A DNA stretch of 64,000 nucleotides from NCBI GenBank assembly GCA_977030845.1, contig OZ365114.1, positions 17,546,001 through 17,610,000 on the forward strand, given 5' to 3'. A program made the position numbers and the translations under genes. Below the pieces are notes generated by a model. It was not told the DNA's origin. It searched no databases and was given only the letters and a program-made list of their open reading frames with translations. The DNA is from Fimbriosthenelais zetlandica. Taxonomy: Eukaryota. Of the stretch, positions 61,278-64,000 are shown one piece after another; position 1 is the first letter of the stretch; every line of letters begins with the position of its first letter.

Positions 61278-63080
61278 GCGCAAGGGTCTAGAGATTTGGC
61301 CGACGGGTCAGAACGAGTTGACCGTCCGGTGGCGCCCTCAGGACCAATTCCGCAAACAGCGGACGAAGATAAAGTCATCTCAATGGAGCGTCGCTCGGAA
61401 TTTTCAGACATCGTTTATAGATTTATGAAAGATTTATTTGAAATCCGTCGGTAAATTTTCATGAAGATTATTCATTGCATGCAAAAGAACAGAGGTAAAC
61501 TGCATGATAACCTGGTGAGATCGGGAGACTGATGACTAATTTTAACCGAGGCTCTATACTTAAAGGCATACCATGGGTGTCCACGGGTAAAATTCGACAC
61601 GGCGACACGGTCCTAAAGTGTCCTAAAGGGCGACATTCTGACACAGGCTCCGCGAGCGAAGCACAGAACTGCCAGGAACTGACACGCGACATGAAACATT
61701 CTTATCGTGTGACACAAGCATAAAATTGGGACCCATGTGCATTGGTCAGTAAACTGGGTCACCATCGTTCCTATTTATTTAGGAGTGCCTAAATGAGTCA
61801 AGTCGCAAATTGTTTTAGTTAGTTGCAGATCCGTAGGCCTATAGAACACATTACGAGCGTTCCAATGATGTATAGCTCAAGGATGCGTGAACAATAGTTA
61901 TATTTCTAATAAAATTTCAAAAAATAAAAGTAGTAACAGCAAAAAAATACAGAAATTTCAGACAATTTTCTGCCCAAGTGGAATAAATTTTGAAGGGACA
62001 ACTTTTCTCAATTTCACTCACAAATATAGTCAAAACATTGTGTAATTGATTTTAATGCGAAAACTAATGGTAAGAGAAATTGAATTGTTTACCAAGCTTT
62101 CAGACCCCTAGCGCTGAATTGCCCTGTGTGACTTTAGACTCATTTAGTTAAAACACATCACAATCGTGTTTGTATAATTAAGATATTTGCATATACATAC
62201 AAATTATATATCCTAATTAATTTATTACAATAAAGAGGTGTTGCAGAATGTATATGTAGGCCCCTATTGATATATTTTATCTTCAATAATATATGATAAA
62301 CACAAAAATGTTTAAAAGGTCGTATTTTTGTGTCCATGGCCGCGGCACATTTCCAGTTGTCAATGTGCCAATCATAGGGCAAACTCATTGGATGGATGAT
62401 AATCAGGGAATAACTTTTTCCAGATGTTCAGGATTAAACAGAGGAACAAACCTAGTTGGAAGTCACAGGGAGTTTTGAGGGGGAGGATGGGGTGAGGGAT
62501 TTTATCAGAAACAGTCCACAGGTGGTTCACACATATATATTTATATCTGCCTAGATATTACCATTGAAGGACAGTACAATCTTTGTCAAGGTTTATGTTT
62601 ATCGTTGCAATAGATAACAGGTCAAGTGGGATAAAGTATCTTTATCATCCACTATAGAGTGAAGTATATATCAAGGCTATAACTGCAAGCATCACAAATA
62701 CACAAGGATTATTTCCGTAAGCGTTGGACCCATTTTCCAGAGTAATATTATTTTAAATATATACTTCAGATTACAATTTCATACAAAGGAGGAGATGAGA
62801 TCTCAGAAAACACCCTGTGGAATCTTTTACCGGAGGAACCCCTACCCACAGAGGTTATAGGTGTCTATTTGATAACCATTTTGGGGCAAATTTAATTTCT
62901 TTATAGATATCGGTCTGCGATAAAGGTAAGTGCAGAGACGTCACTCAGATAGTTCAATAAACGATCTTTTGTTCAAATATTAGTAGATTATTGAATTTCC
63001 TTTTTAATTCCCAATTAACAATTTTATCTATCCCACTAGTGACGTTGTGCCCTTTTTGCATTGATGACAGAACTGAAAAG

Positions 63081-63582
63081 ATGGATGCACGATTTCATTG
63101 GGCAGACTACCTGGTATTTGGAATCTCTCTCTTCGTGTCAACAGCAATTGGAGTCTGGTTTGCCTGTACTGGCAAGAAAGCTTCAACCACTGAAGAATTT
63201 CTCTTGGCTGGCCGCAACATGCCTGTAAGAAAAGTCTTCCTGTTTAATTGAAAATCTCACCCGTTTCATAGAGAGTACAGTACCTGAAAGAGCCCAAATT
63301 TTGATAAAGTTAAAGAAGGATGGATTCATTAAAGGGAAAGATTCCATCTATTTTTTTCTCAGCAATAATTCAATCTCTGTTTCTCATCAGGTTTTCCCCG
63401 TGTCAGTCTCTATGTTTGTGTCCTGGGTATCAGCCATCTCATTTCTGGGGGACCCAGTGGAGACTTACAGCTATGGTTCCATCTACATCTATCTTGGTGT
63501 AGGTTACGTGCTGGCCGTCCCTATTGTCGCCTATTTCTTCGCCCCTAAATTCCATGCGCTTGGTCTCGTCAGTGTATATGAG
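63081..63582 (+). CDS. SLC5 sodium:solute symporter (SLC5A6/SLC5A8-like), first two coding exons; gene continues beyond the window
   Basis: Exon 63081-63224 encodes MDARFHWADYLVFGISLFVSTAIGVWF...EEFLLAGRNMP; exon 63391-63582 encodes VFPVSVSMFVSWVSAISFLGDPVETYSYG...SVYE. Boundaries are phase 0 GT-AG. An upstream UTR donor (gtaagt) lies at about 62927. Confidence 0.93.
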
Positions 63583-64000
63583 GTAAGTTTAGCTAATTTA
63601 CATTTCGTTACATAATTCTTGTCAATGCAAAAATGTATACATGAGATCAATACTCCTCAGTCTCAAGACGAAGCAGAATATGATTAGGATTACTGGAAAT
63701 TAAAAAACTTAAAAAAAACTAATGCGATGGAAAAACGAACGTTGCTGTACGTATATATAGCAATGTGACAAGGAAGAAGTATCGCATTAACAGCTAGTGT
63801 TCTATATACCTTTTCACTTTATTATCCAGTTCCTGGAAATAAAATACAACAAAATCATCCGTGTTTTTGCTGCTATCCTTAGTATCGCAGTAACAGTAAG
63901 TGGAATTCCTTATCTGAAGTCTGAACGGAAATGATATGGTTTTTGTAGTTATTTTGTGCATACAAGGAAGTAGATTAGTAACATTTATACAAAATTGTGT

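Noticed and set aside
60681-61723. 200 aa and neighbouring ORFs
   Set aside because: They overlap the SINE dimer, start at non-ATG or weak codons, and show no domain.

Overview
This is eukaryotic, intron-containing, AT-rich DNA from a marine invertebrate, probably an echinoderm or related non-vertebrate deuterostome (inferred from gene content, not established). I reconstructed exon chains by hand from splice sites and reading-frame phase. In window order: (1) the 5' part of a low-complexity, probably transcription-factor gene (-), apparently nested in a TRAPPC9 intron; (2) the first five coding exons of TRAPPC9 (-); (3) a repeat-rich block at about 14-26 kb with three minisatellites and a tRNA-derived element; (4) a 4-exon secreted, probably GPI-anchored protein resembling coral skeletal SAARP/CARP4 proteins but without Asp tracts (-); (5) a ~2.7-2.9 kb tandem duplication whose first copy holds an intact orphan secreted gene plus a decayed glutamate-receptor 3' end, and whose second copy holds a pseudogene of the secreted gene plus the intact receptor 3' end; (6) a 12-exon divergent ionotropic glutamate receptor with a short, insect-IR-like N-terminus (-); (7) head-to-head with it, a 13-exon double-FYVE protein of fungal Vac1/Pep7-like architecture (+); (8) a 1.2 kb non-coding tandem duplication; (9) a 2-exon four-TM protein with a Lys/Glu-rich tail and a GATA-site cluster in its intron (+); (10) a pair of tRNA-derived SINE-like units; (11) the first two exons of an SLC5 sodium:solute symporter (+). 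Family assignments rest on remembered motifs; no database search was run.
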